Of a stretch of 64,000 nucleotides of DNA, positions 1-11,584 are shown piece after piece (the stretch's first letter is position 1; each line of letters opens with the position of its first letter). The stretch is from Phoronis australis (taxonomy: Eukaryota; Animalia; Phoronida): NCBI GenBank assembly GCA_002633005.1, contig NMRA01000664.1, positions 62,001 to 126,000 on the forward strand. Direction: 5' to 3'. A program made the translations under genes and the position numbers. Under the pieces are notes generated by a model. The model was given only the letters and a program-made list of their open reading frames with translations. It made no database searches and was not told the origin of the DNA.

Positions 1-293
1 TAACTTTTTTTTTTATTGATATCTGTAGTAGTTTAGTTTGTCATGATACATGTATATGTGAACCTACACGTGTGGTTTCACTGTAAACTAGCTTCGGTAT
101 TGCTTCGCAATAAGCGCATATAAATGTGAATTATAGACCGTTGGTTTCCTTAATCACCCAGTTTATGTAAATACACAGTATGCGACTTTTGAGCGGTTGA
201 TGGTCAGCCTGCGTGGTCGTTGCTGATGGGTCGGACACATAATTTGTAATCTACGCTGTAGTAACTTGAATTGGTGATATATTCTTTTTTCAG

Positions 294-490
294 GTTTAAA
301 GGAGCTCAAGATGTTGCGAATTGCGATTAAACAGTGGGAGCATTTTACTTGTGTTAAGTTTAAAGAAGCCGCAGAAGCTGACGAGCATTTCTTGCAATTT
401 CGAGCTGGTCACTCAGGCTGCAACTCATTCGTTGGATTCCAAAACATTGGGAAGCAGAACATTAACTTGCAAAGCCCCGGGTGTAGCCAT
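294..490 (+). CDS. Astacin-EGF-multi-ShK metalloprotease, internal exon (N-terminal half of astacin domain)
   Basis: tttttcag acceptor ending 293, gtaagt donor at 491. Reads LKELKMLRIAIKQWEHFTCVKFKE...GCNSFVGFQNIGKQNINLQSPGCSH, typical astacin W..TC+.F / GC.S.VG / Q.I.L..GC motifs. Upstream exons lie outside the window. Confidence 0.93.
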
Positions 491-499
491 GTAAGTACA

Positions 500-1880
500 A
501 ATGAGAGAGCCACCGATTCATTTAGTTTTGCTACCGTCTTATTCAGTCTATATCAACATCACAATGTAATGTACCATCGATCTCACCTCACCGAAAGGTG
601 TCCCGTTAACTTGTGAGGAAAATGAAAACACGACGTCAGTGGTTCTTCAGCCGAGTGTGTTCCTGTATGTTTTTGCGTATTGTTCCCGCTTGTCTGAATC
701 CCGAAGCTGCAAAAAAGCGGATATATCACTTGTTTGGATCACCTCGAGAACCCAAAATGCTTCAGAAGTGGTTTTTGGCAGTAAAGAATGGACAGTACGC
801 CGTTTTAATTTTGTATTAGTGGGATGTCGTGAAATACCTCCGTGTCTGTGGTCGGAATCGTCCTGTTTCAAAATGAGTAATTCTAATCCCGACCAATGCT
901 TATATAAAACTGAAGCAAAGTTTGCCTCGGTTGATGCAATTTGTGTCGGCTTAGGAGTGTCCGTGGATCAATAGGTTTTGAGAAATCAATTATGAATAAA
1001 TCATACTGCGTTATCGGCTTCAGCCAATTCGATATTTGCTGGCAGAAAGCTGTTGTGAAGCGATTGTATACGCTATTGTCAGATTTTAGGGGAAATTTTC
1101 ATTTAAAGATATATACATTATCTAAATCATAGCTATTGCACACCTAGTTTTCCTTGTACAGTTCTGTGGAAGGGGAACCTGTCTTGGTGCGGCGCCCGGC
1201 AGGTGCGTATAATTGTGATTTCGCGGCAAATTCACCAAAACATTTACGGGCATTTTTTTCTTTGGTTCAGTAGTCTATTATTTCTCTGATTTTCAGTTTA
1301 GTTTTCAACTTTCCCAGACCTCTAATTGGCTAGTTTATGCTTGCAATATCTACACCCCGAACGAAATGATCGGGTTCGAGAGAGCCTCTGCGTTATAAAG
1401 AGCCTTGTTTTGTTAAGAACTAAAAAAATCTCAACAAAAAATTACAACACGCGGTTATTCTCCCCTGTCTTTTTTATTTCACGGAAGAACATGTCCAATT
1501 TATCACCGAACAGATTTCAATCTTCCCACGACCGACTTCGGTAAGTTGGCCTACGGATCTTTATAGGCTACGGCACGTTCGAAATTTTCTATAAATCCGT
1601 AAAAGGCGAAGTAAAACAACCAACTTATTTAAAAACGCAATGCAATTGAAAGGGTTTTACATCAAATTTTGATGATTTTATGGTGTAGAACGATTGTAAG
1701 ATGACACCAGTATGCGCCTTATGAACTGCTGAACAGACTGCGTTAGAACGTTTGACGTCATTGGTTAATTTCTGCAGCTCCTTCTGCCGTCTGTTGTCAG
1801 GTAAAATAACTGAACTTGCTGTTATCGAGTGGGATTACTCAATATGAATTATTACGTTGTTTTGAAGGTGGAATTCTCCT
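500..1880 (+). mobile_element. Decayed Kolobok-like DNA transposon with THAP-domain remnant
   Basis: Right end ...gaattctcct|ttaa. THAP-like remnant IVPACLNPEAAKKRIYHLFGSPREPKMLQKWFLAV. Positions 500-800 align with the reverse complement of 20850-21151. Confidence 0.6.
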
Positions 1881-2100
1881 TTAAGTTTCCCGAAATTCTA
1901 TCCCACAATTTAAGATAAAGCGTAGCAAATTTGGGATTTAACGGAGTCAAAATTAAAATGTCGTGACGGCAGATATCGACCACGGAAAAGCGCTGCATAA
2001 GGGTTTAAATGATTTATCAAATCATGAGGATATTTCGACATCAGCATTGCTTGCGAGGTACAGGCACTCATCGATAAATTGGGACTCGTTGATATTCCAG

Positions 2101-2307
2101 GTAAATGTTTACCTGCACGAAATTGGGCACGCTATCGGGTTGTATCATGAGCACTCTCGGCCTGACCGAGATGATTACATTTGGATTGACTGGAAATCGG
2201 TGGAGAACGGCAAGGAAAATACAGGATTCAGAAAGTTAGATGACTTGGGCGCGGATACATTTGGACTTCAATACGAATATTCAAGCATAATGCACTATGG
2301 GCTTACG
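2101..2307 (+). CDS. Astacin catalytic exon (zinc-binding motif and Met-turn)
   Basis: ttccag acceptor, gtaagt donor, 207 nt, phase 0-0. VNVYLHEIGHAIGLYHEHSRPDRDDYI...YEYSSIMHYGLT contains HExxHxxGxxHE.xRxDRD and SxMHY. Confidence 0.96.
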
Positions 2308-5300
2308 GTAAGTCAGTTAGTAAATTCTCGATAGAGGGTTGGTGAATACAAGTGCAAATTCTATGCGAAAGTGGAAACGCTGCGGTACGTTTAGTGTGTA
2401 AGGCAGCACCCAACATCAATGTCATTTACGATGATTATTCAAACACGACGCTTATGGAATGTAGTGCTAAAGTGCATCGACCTTAAAATAGTTTGAGAGA
2501 ATGCGTTGTCTGCCCTACGGTCAAGTTATCTGTTGCGTTCGTTCTTTTTTGCATATTGTATGCAAACTAGACCCGCCTCCAACACCTGTTGCAAGTTCTC
2601 AAAAACTGATGAGGGTCGTGGGTGAAACATGTATTCAAGAATAGTCAGTGTTCTGCCAAAGCGTATACTGGTAGAAAACAAATGTTCAACTGAAATACAA
2701 ATTCGTACGCACGAGATATTGAGATGTACGTGGAAGGTGGGAAGTCGTGGGTACTACATGCACATACTTCGCCATGCGAAAGAGAAATTAAGTAGGCTTA
2801 GTATGCACAAGATACAAAAGTGTGCGCCGTTAAGATACTAACCTGCAGGTATTTCAATCCACTTACATTCATTTCTAAATTGAGCAATTGCTAGACGAAT
2901 GATCGCCGTCTGAAACAAAAAGAGGGGCCATAATAATTAGCGAACACGACTCACAAATTATAGAACATAGTGATACAGATATTTCAGTGGTGATGAACTT
3001 ATGAAATGAACAATACATGTATACACAAGCTAAATTTCCGTCCTAGATTAGAGTGATTCGTGCATTATTTTTTTATTTTAAGAAATTGCACGAACCAGGA
3101 CTAAGGCACATTGGTCTTAAGCTTGGACAGTAAAGTAAATTAGAAAATTGGTCTGCAAAATAATCAGCAACACGCCGTACATGTGAGTTGAAAAAAACTG
3201 AACAGTATCCTGAAATAATTGAAATAGGCGGTAAATACTGAGGTCTATTATTTTTCCTAGACATTATATTGCTCAAAATTACATGGCGAAACCTTTATTT
3301 TTCATTTTTTTATTAGCATTCCTAGTTTCTGCGTTATGTCTCTAAATATTGTGAAGGATACTAAACCATGTTTTTACGATTTCCACCAATCCTTGTTTTG
3401 TCACCTGCTAATGCTTGCTTGACATTGATCTTCCAAGTCAAGGCAGTAATCAACTAAAAACCATGTTCCAAATGGAGCAGGTTTGACATTTTGGTCTTTG
3501 GTGGGTGATCTTTCCCCACAGTTACCGTTAGATACTCTTGACTGTGAACAGAGTTTCCAAATTGTTTTCCATAATTTTGAAGGATTTCGAGGGTTAAAAA
3601 TAATTATCTTTATTTGAGAGAACTGGAATGGAAAGTCGTTTTTAGTATAAGACCAAAACCGGATTTACGATCCTTTTAAGTGTATTTAAAGTTACATTAC
3701 ATATCATGAAAGTGCAAACTCACCATTGTGTACGATAATTAAAAAGCCACAAGTTAACTTCACATTTCAGACGTGCCATTTCTGTTTTACAGTTATAAGG
3801 CGTTTGCGACAAAGACCTCTAACACACCTTCTTCTAGGTCAGATAAAACATGTTATTTAAAAACAACTAACTTTGTTCGTGACCTCGACCACGTGTAAAC
3901 ATTTTATAACTTCTTTCGAATTTTGGAGTTCTTTCTCCATTACCTACTTGCATCTAGAAATACAATAAAGCCCTCAATCGAGCCAATGTTGAGCTCTCAA
4001 CAGATAGAGACGCATTAAATACTATACGTTTATGTTATGAATGTTTGTAGATTGTAGATTAGGTGTCTCGCCAAAGATAGTAATCCCGGTATGTTTTTTC
4101 AGTCGGCGTGCGTTCTACTAAGCGCCTTGAGACTCTCCATATGATCACTGTGGAACAATAAAAACCGCATTACTTTGTTCACACACATCAATATGCCTTT
4201 CTTGTTTCAGACTGTGATTGAAAAACGCCTTTGCAGAATTTCTTCTATTCAAGCGCCGTAAAACAACATTTCCAACAAAGTTGTGAAAACTTAAACATGC
4301 CTGGGAACTCGCGTTCGAAGATGTCTAAAGTGTGAAAAGCGTAGCATCTCCAAAACGCATAAGCCAAATTGCACGTCTGACACTCCGGAAGTTTTAACAG
4401 TGCTTTTGATATTTGCGTTTACAAGTCAAACTTGCTACTTCTCTGCTAGCCGATTATGTAAAAATTTGGTCTGAGAGCTGAAAATCAGGAAATTCATTTC
4501 CTTTACACCTTAATGTTTATACGAGGAAGAGAACGTTGCATTTGCATTGTTGGATACAATTTTGCTTCTAAACTAGTTTCCCGATATTCTTAATTTGATA
4601 CACAAATTGTCATCAAATATGCCATACAAAATACAAGATAATTTTGGAAGTCATTATTTACGGCTTTTTTGACGCCGGTTAATATTATTAAGCAAAACAA
4701 ACGAACGCTCTTGACGTGTAACCTTTTTAATAATACATGAGCCAGTACATGCAGAACGTGACAACGTGTTACAAGCTTACAAGTAAGAGCTTACAGCTTG
4801 AGCAGTGTGGAACAGTGCTAACTACCATAGCTGATTCGCCTCAAATTTATTGAAATGTATTAAATGCCGTTTTTGTACCAACGAACATCAGAAACTTCGA
4901 AAAGTTTCGAATTTAATTAATTTCACGTCAAGTTATTTAATATTGTCTACTGAATGCATACTGTATCTCTAACAAACTAAATGTATTTTTGTACCATAGC
5001 TCTTATACGGACCTTTCCGAGACATGAATTGGTAATAAAATTTGACTAGAACTATTGAAACTTGACTTGGTGTTCATACGATATTGGTGGTTCACGATGG
5101 ATGGAGTATGATGGTCAATATAATTACGGTTGTAGATCACCTTGACACGGGTAAAATTATAGTTTCGGTGACTAAAAATGTGCACACGATAGGTGCATTT
5201 CATTTAAAGTTGGACTCAGGTTGACTCTTTGAATGTCGTTTTCAAAGTTCATCTCTTCTATTTCTTCAAATTCTTGCTTCATGCGTCTGCCTCTACATAC

Positions 5301-5315
5301 CTCCTCCCCTCCCCT

Positions 5316-5933
5316 NNNNNNNNNNNNNNNNNNNNNNNNNNNNNNNNNNNNNNNNNNNNNNNNNNNNNNNNNNNNNNNNNNNNNNNNNNNNNNNNNNNNN
5401 NNNNNNNNNNNNNNNNNNNNNNNNNNNNNNNNNNNNNNNNNNNNNNNNNNNNNNNNNNNNNNNNNNNNNNNNNNNNNNNNNNNNNNNNNNNNNNNNNNNN
5501 NNNNNNNNNNNNNNNNNNNNNNNNNNNNNNNNNNNNNNNNNNNNNNNNNNNNNNNNNNNNNNNNNNNNNNNNNNNNNNNNNNNNNNNNNNNNNNNNNNNN
5601 NNNNNNNNNNNNNNNNNNNNNNNNNNNNNNNNNNNNNNNNNNNNNNNNNNNNNNNNNNNNNNNNNNNNNNNNNNNNNNNNNNNNNNNNNNNNNNNNNNNN
5701 NNNNNNNNNNNNNNNNNNNNNNNNNNNNNNNNNNNNNNNNNNNNNNNNNNNNNNNNNNNNNNNNNNNNNNNNNNNNNNNNNNNNNNNNNNNNNNNNNNNN
5801 NNNNNNNNNNNNNNNNNNNNNNNNNNNNNNNNNNNNNNNNNNNNNNNNNNNNNNNNNNNNNNNNNNNNNNNNNNNNNNNNNNNNNNNNNNNNNNNNNNNN
5901 NNNNNNNNNNNNNNNNNNNNNNNNNNNNNNNNN
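5316..5933. other. Assembly gap (618 N)
   Basis: Run of N. Additional single N at 10104, 31239, 37715 and 42737. Confidence 0.99.
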
Positions 5934-5999
5934 GCCGCTTTCGAACCCGGGCCGCAAGAGTTTTGGGTCGCCAACTTTACCACTGCACCACTCAGCGGC
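5934..5999 (-). mobile_element. tRNA-derived SINE head (Pol III A/B boxes), truncated by the gap
   Basis: Minus strand reads gccgctgagTGGTGCAGTGGtaaagttggcgacccaaaactcttgcggcccgGGTTCGAAAGCggc. A and B boxes have tRNA-like spacing, but no clean cloverleaf is seen. Confidence 0.5.
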
Positions 6000-6546
6000 T
6001 GATGTCATCGAACGCGAAAATAGAAATAGCATGTTCAACAAAGATCATTGTACCGACATTTATATGCTATGAAAACTACTGTAAGACGCATAATTTCTAT
6101 AAAAACGATATTTTAATTATGTTATCTTTTTCTCTCGTGTTCTTTCACTTGTAAATCACCGTTCTCCAATTTCAATGCCGGTATCGTGTCGACGGGATCT
6201 TTTGACTTGAGCATCATACACAGTTACCAGTGGTAACCATCTTTAGCAGACGGTATTTTCAGGGTCGATGCTTGGCGTGATAAAATGTGTAGTAAGCTAT
6301 AATAGTTGCTAAAACTTTGGTTTGTAGACTCATTGTAATTCTGTTTTGTTTAAATTTTCAATTGGTTTTGAGTAAAGGCATTATTTAACAAAAATCGCTC
6401 TGCTTTTCTTAAAAGGTCACGACCTCCGACCCCGGGCCTCTGACATAGAAAGTAGATGTACATGTAGTTATAAATTCGGGGCGAGTCGAGAAAAGCAGGT
6501 CGATTCATTGCAATTTTCCTCGTTCAGTATGTGGTATAAATAGATA

Positions 6547-6696
6547 ATTACATGTTCTCAGTCGTTAGCCCCGTATTCAAGAGCCCTCGTGGATTTTAGA
6601 GGATTATCACCATCGGGGCTGACGCCCCTCGGGCGATAATTCACCAAAGTCCACTCGGGTCTAGAATACGGGGGATAACGACTGAGAACATGTAAT
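6547..6696. mobile_element. ~150-bp palindromic MITE / fold-back
   Basis: attacatgttctcagtcgtta..ccccgtattc pairs with gaatacggggg.taacgactgagaacatgtaat. Pairing continues almost to the centre. Confidence 0.75.
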
Positions 6697-9600
6697 AATA
6701 TATAGTTACGAATATTTTACATTGTGTTTACTAAATTAGTTCCCAATAGTCCCTGGACATGGCACTTTTTTGTCGTCACATGTACGTACACGTAAGGTCT
6801 GTTGCTTTTCCGTGAGGCTGTATTTCGATGAATGGCAGATTTTGCCATTATTATCATCGCTATCATTTTTAATTGTCATTGTTCTAAAAGCTCTTTCAGT
6901 GTTTGTTTCAAAGCCTGCTTTGTTGGCTTCAATCAATCCTCGTTAATTCCCCCAATGTATTCTTACTTGAGAAATAATTGAAAGGTATCATTTTATTAAA
7001 AACACTTGCTGTGTTACTAAATAGGTATTGTGCTTCTTACTTGGTGGTCTTTTCCAAAGTTTCCATGTAACTCGTATAAAGCCTGGGTCACGCTTGTCTG
7101 TTGAGCAGACTTTGAAATCTGTTTTGACTCATATTTCGCTCCAACCTTTCGAGGATTTATGAATGTTACCGAACACTCTCTTTCAGAGAAATGGGTGGAG
7201 AAATTATTATTGATATATGTTCAAAGCGGCTTTAATATTCTATTAAATAACCGAAAAACCATTCACGAAAAATGTATCATCCCATGTGTTTACACTTTCA
7301 TTTCAGAAAATAATTTTAAAATCATTTAAATCAATAGCAACATGTACTCTAACTAGGCATACTCCAAAGACGGGAAACAGACAATGCACGCTCGCAATAA
7401 AGAAAATGAGAAGCTGATATTGAAGTCGGGCCGAGAATTACAATTCAAAGACATACAAACAGTAAACTTCATGTATAGTTGTAACGGTGAGTACTCAAAC
7501 TTAACACAGTAAATGTTATATTTTATTTTTCTAAATAAAGTGGACGACGTCACAATCCACGAAAATTCAACTGGCTTTCAATTAATCGCTGCAAACAAAC
7601 GCATTTATTCATTATGAAATGAATACTAATTATTCCTTAATTACGGAATTTTCCAACTGTTCGACACTTCAAATATGGCCTATTTGTGTATTGTGACTAC
7701 CGGAATACATGTCGCATTGGGCATAACTTCCAGTATAACAGACTGCTAAAAGTCTTAGTAGCTATAAGGAACAATGGAGTGCCTATCCATAACTAATACC
7801 CAATCCGTTGTCGAAGACAGTTTAAATAAACGCACCACTCACGATTCCGACCCCAAGAACACACAGCCAGTTTGAATTAACCACGGAACCGGAAGTACAA
7901 TTCATTCAGGGAACAGGCTTAAGAATCTTGGCTGTGCGACTGGAGATGTTTGTAACCAGCCTGCAAATTGGGACAATATAATCGATAGCGGGCTTTAACT
8001 TCAATGAAACCAAAACAGGCAAAGTTTTTCTGAAATTGTTGACAAAATTTGGTATGATAAATGTTGACAGAAATTATTTTTTCCAGACTCGGACCTGCAG
8101 CCGATTACCCTTTGCGGACCAATCGAGACCACTGCAACGTCTGTTTCATCGGAATGAATGTTCAAATCATGAATGCTGTATACATAAACAAACATCTTCT
8201 TACACTTGCATTGCGGAATAGTCACAATCCTGTACCAACCGGATTGAAAAACAATGAAAGCTAACTATGGCTGGCTAGGCTAAGCGTGTTTTACTGGGTT
8301 TAATTAACTCTGGTAAACAAAAAACTAACAGAACAACAAACATGCAACTTCAAAATAACTGAAAGAAATTGCTATACAGTTAGCATATTCTGACGATTGA
8401 ACTTGTAAAATTAACGAATATAAATTTAGACGGAAACTAATTAAGATATCTGCGGTTGTCTCCCGCGACTTCCGTTGCGGCCGGGCGGCTGAATGTCAAC
8501 AAATAACAATGAACGACAGAATACCATTTACTGGCGAAATAACTTGAAGACAAAGTATTAATGAGTTTAAAGTATTGGGAATAATTCTCACTCTGGCAAA
8601 AACATTGGTGTAGACTGCTACGCGTTAGAGCCGGACCACCTGGCCTGCTGTGTGCGGATATCTGTTCTCCACGGGCAAGAAAGCCCATTAATTAGCTACC
8701 CCGACCTTGAATAAGTGAAATTCCTTTGACAAAGAGATAAAAAAGTCTGCGTCATGCTCCTAACACTGCAACATTTTCCCATCGCTGACATTAAGCTACA
8801 CCACCCCCCTCCGTTTGCGGCCATGGATTTTGAAATTGAGACAACAGAGGTATATATTGAAAGCATTTGTCAGGTTTTTAAACATATTTGTTTTTAAACA
8901 TATTTAACATATTTTCATTAATAAATGAAAAATGAAGACAATTTAGCAAATGATGATTTTCCCGGCGAAGAGTCATGGCGACTTTAGTGGAATTACTTAG
9001 CCGGTAACTGTGTTCGGGATGCAAAATCAAGCACATGCGCGCATTGTGGCAATTGAGGTGTGGAGCTCACAGTTTTGAGATAAAACTTTTTTTTCTTTTG
9101 TTGAACCATCGTCATGTTTGGTTGTTTATTTTTTTTTCTCTGCTATATTTAACGGCCAGTAAACCCTGTTCCGATTTGATGCCAAGTACACACTGGGCTC
9201 ACACGTCCGGGTAGTCACACGGCAATAGCTCACTTCATGCTAGTACTTTGCATCAGTTTCACGGATATGGTGATAAAAATAAGACATTTGACGATAAAGA
9301 AAGTTTTTTCCTCTAATTTATGACCTAAACGGGTACTGTTGCTGAAATTTGACGTACGCTACCCTCCCGATGAGTCAGTACGGATCTAAGTAGTCGAGCG
9401 TCACAAGCTTGCTATTAAGCATTAAACATCCTTCGTCATATTGTTGAGACCCTCACTCTTGACGTTAGAGGGCGACGCAATTGTCCGCCATCATTGAAAT
9501 AAACGACTTGAACGCAGTGTTGTAGTTGTCCGAACAAGAGCCAAACTCACGGTTTAACTATATGCAAAGACCAGGTAAAATTTGGACAATAAATAATCAA

Positions 9601-10404
9601 GTAAAAAAGAAGGAAAATGAGAATCAAAAATAACCAACCAAAGTAACGACGCATTTACGCTCACGGTGCTGTCAATACGTGTCACGTTTTTCCCCGTGTG
9701 TGGGTGGGCGCAGGTTGTTACAGACCGGGTGCTAATAGCTTTCAGTGCGACGATTGACTGAAGACTGGTTCGAGTTAATCCGGACCGTACATGTACGTTC
9801 ACAAGCCTACTCAAACAAAACGTTCGACTTAAGAGGCATTATCTGAGAAAACCTGCAAAATTGCAAAATGTTGGCGGAGGCACTTTCATCAATTAAGTTG
9901 ATACTTTGCACACCAATTTGTACTCACATATGAATGACTAAATCACGTCTGTTTTTTTATCTGGATTCATTCTATACAAAAAAAATAATAAATACCTTCC
10001 GTCGTGGTTTTTTCACACAGGACAAGAATGTCCAAAAAGACAAAAAGAATGCCAACACTCACAGAGCTGGAAGCCAGTTTGTGACTTTGAATGATCATAA
10101 TTANTTACATTATCATTGTACTTAACTCAGGGGTCATGTCAATCAAACAGAATAACAGAACAAAACAAAACATTACAACTAATAATACTGTCAGACTATA
10201 TTCTGACAATACGTTTTCAAGCACAAAATGACAGTCATTCAGGAATGGTTCCTGAACTGATGCCCCGGAACTCAGGTCACGGGATAGACGGGGATACTTG
10301 AAAATCGGTCGAGGTAAAAAGTGTGCTCAAAAAGGTTTTTAGTAAGATGTAGACATGCTATGTTACATATTGAGTAATTTGGTGGATCTGTATAGTTCTC
10401 TTAG

Positions 10405-10444
<40 letters not shown>

Positions 10445-10477
10445 CATATATATATATATATAGATAGATATATGTAT

Positions 10478-10510
<33 letters not shown>

Positions 10511-10572
10511 TAATGATATGTATATATGTATGTATATGTATATGTATATTTATATGTATATGTATATGTATA
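10405..10572. repeat. (TA)n / (TATATG)n microsatellite
   Basis: Seen directly. It ends about 12 nt before the EGF exon acceptor. Confidence 0.95.
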
Positions 10573-10584
10573 TTATATTGGCAG

Positions 10585-10710
10585 CCCAATGCTCAACCAA
10601 CATTCGATGTCGTGACGGTGGTTTTGTCAACAAAGAGTGCACGTGCTTCTGTAGAGACGGAACGAACAACTGTCAGGAAAGCGGACAGAAACCTCCTGGA
10701 GATGGAAAAG
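10585..10710 (+). CDS. EGF-like exon following the astacin domain
   Basis: gcag acceptor, gttgtc donor (weak), phase 1-1. QCSTNIRCRDGGFVNKECTCFCRDGTNNCQESGQKPPGDGK shows the C..GG....C.C.C pattern of post-astacin EGF-like modules. Confidence 0.82.
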
Positions 10711-11096
10711 GTTGTCTTTTCGTTAAACGAACTAAGCCGTCATTGCATATTGTGTGTAAAATGGTCTGTTTTGACCCAATAGAGTCATTTTGACAATATA
10801 GCCGAGAATCCTTTTTTTATTAATTATAATCACCATTGACGCATTCTATTCGTGTAGGCACACGGGATCATGCTTCACGTGTTCACTGTGTGTGCGTGTG
10901 CGAATTTCTGTTATGCTCATCAGAGTATAGAAATCAATGGGAACGCGGTGATTGAGAGTGTGAAATAGCAGTTCTCAGGTACCGTGAAGTGAAATAGACA
11001 GCTCAAATTGGCCTACTCTAAGTCAACCAGTGACCATTATAGTTGTAGCACGGTGTGTTTGTGGCATCCTAGTGTTGAAACTCCTTATGTTTCTAG

Positions 11097-11246
11097 AGTG
11101 CACAAATACCATCAGTGAAGATCTGTGCAATGCGTACTTGATGAAACAAGCCTGCTGGCAAGATGCCATGTCTGTAGTTCCTAAGTGTAAAAAGTCGTGC
11201 GGATTCTGTGGATTAACTTTGAAAGGCGGCAGCCCACATGCAAAAG
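11097..11246 (+). CDS. ShK domain exon (ShK 1)
   Basis: ttctag / gtaaat, phase 1-1. CTNTISEDLCNAYLMKQACWQDAMSVVPKCKKSCGFC has 6 Cys ending CxxxCxxC. Confidence 0.9.
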
Positions 11247-11584
11247 GTAAATGAAGATATTTGGTTATGAAGGTACTTGTAATATTAAGCAGCGTATTCT
11301 CTGCCGTTACCTAGTGTCTGTGGAGATAATCGAATTCTAGATTATTGGCATCGTTGATCTATGTACGAACCCAAGACTTTTGTTTTGGTTTGGGCTCGAG
11401 TTTAACTTCACAGGTTTTAAGCATTCAGGTTGGCGTCACGTCCTAGAATAGTACACAGGACAAACAAGGGATTTCACAGTGGGTCTCATAATTCAGTTGC
11501 TAGTTTTAGTGCGAATAGCATATGGTTTGTATTGAGTGTTGGGAATTGAGTATTTGAGAGTTATTTTGTGTTATTTAGCAAAAT

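Noticed and set aside
2095-2106. AG|GTAAAT (also AG|GTAAAG at 35500) as recursive splice sites
   Set aside because: Explained by the coding sequence at exon starts. Testing needs nascent-RNA data and chance occurrence is plausible.
5934-5999. Functional tRNA gene
   Set aside because: A and B boxes are present, but there are no convincing acceptor or anticodon stems and it is truncated by the gap. A SINE head is more likely.
5172-6072. Four long ORFs full of X
   Set aside because: They only span the N gap.
10480-10582. MYMYMY / CICICI ORF starts
   Set aside because: Translation of the TATATG microsatellite. Only 10585-10710 is coding.
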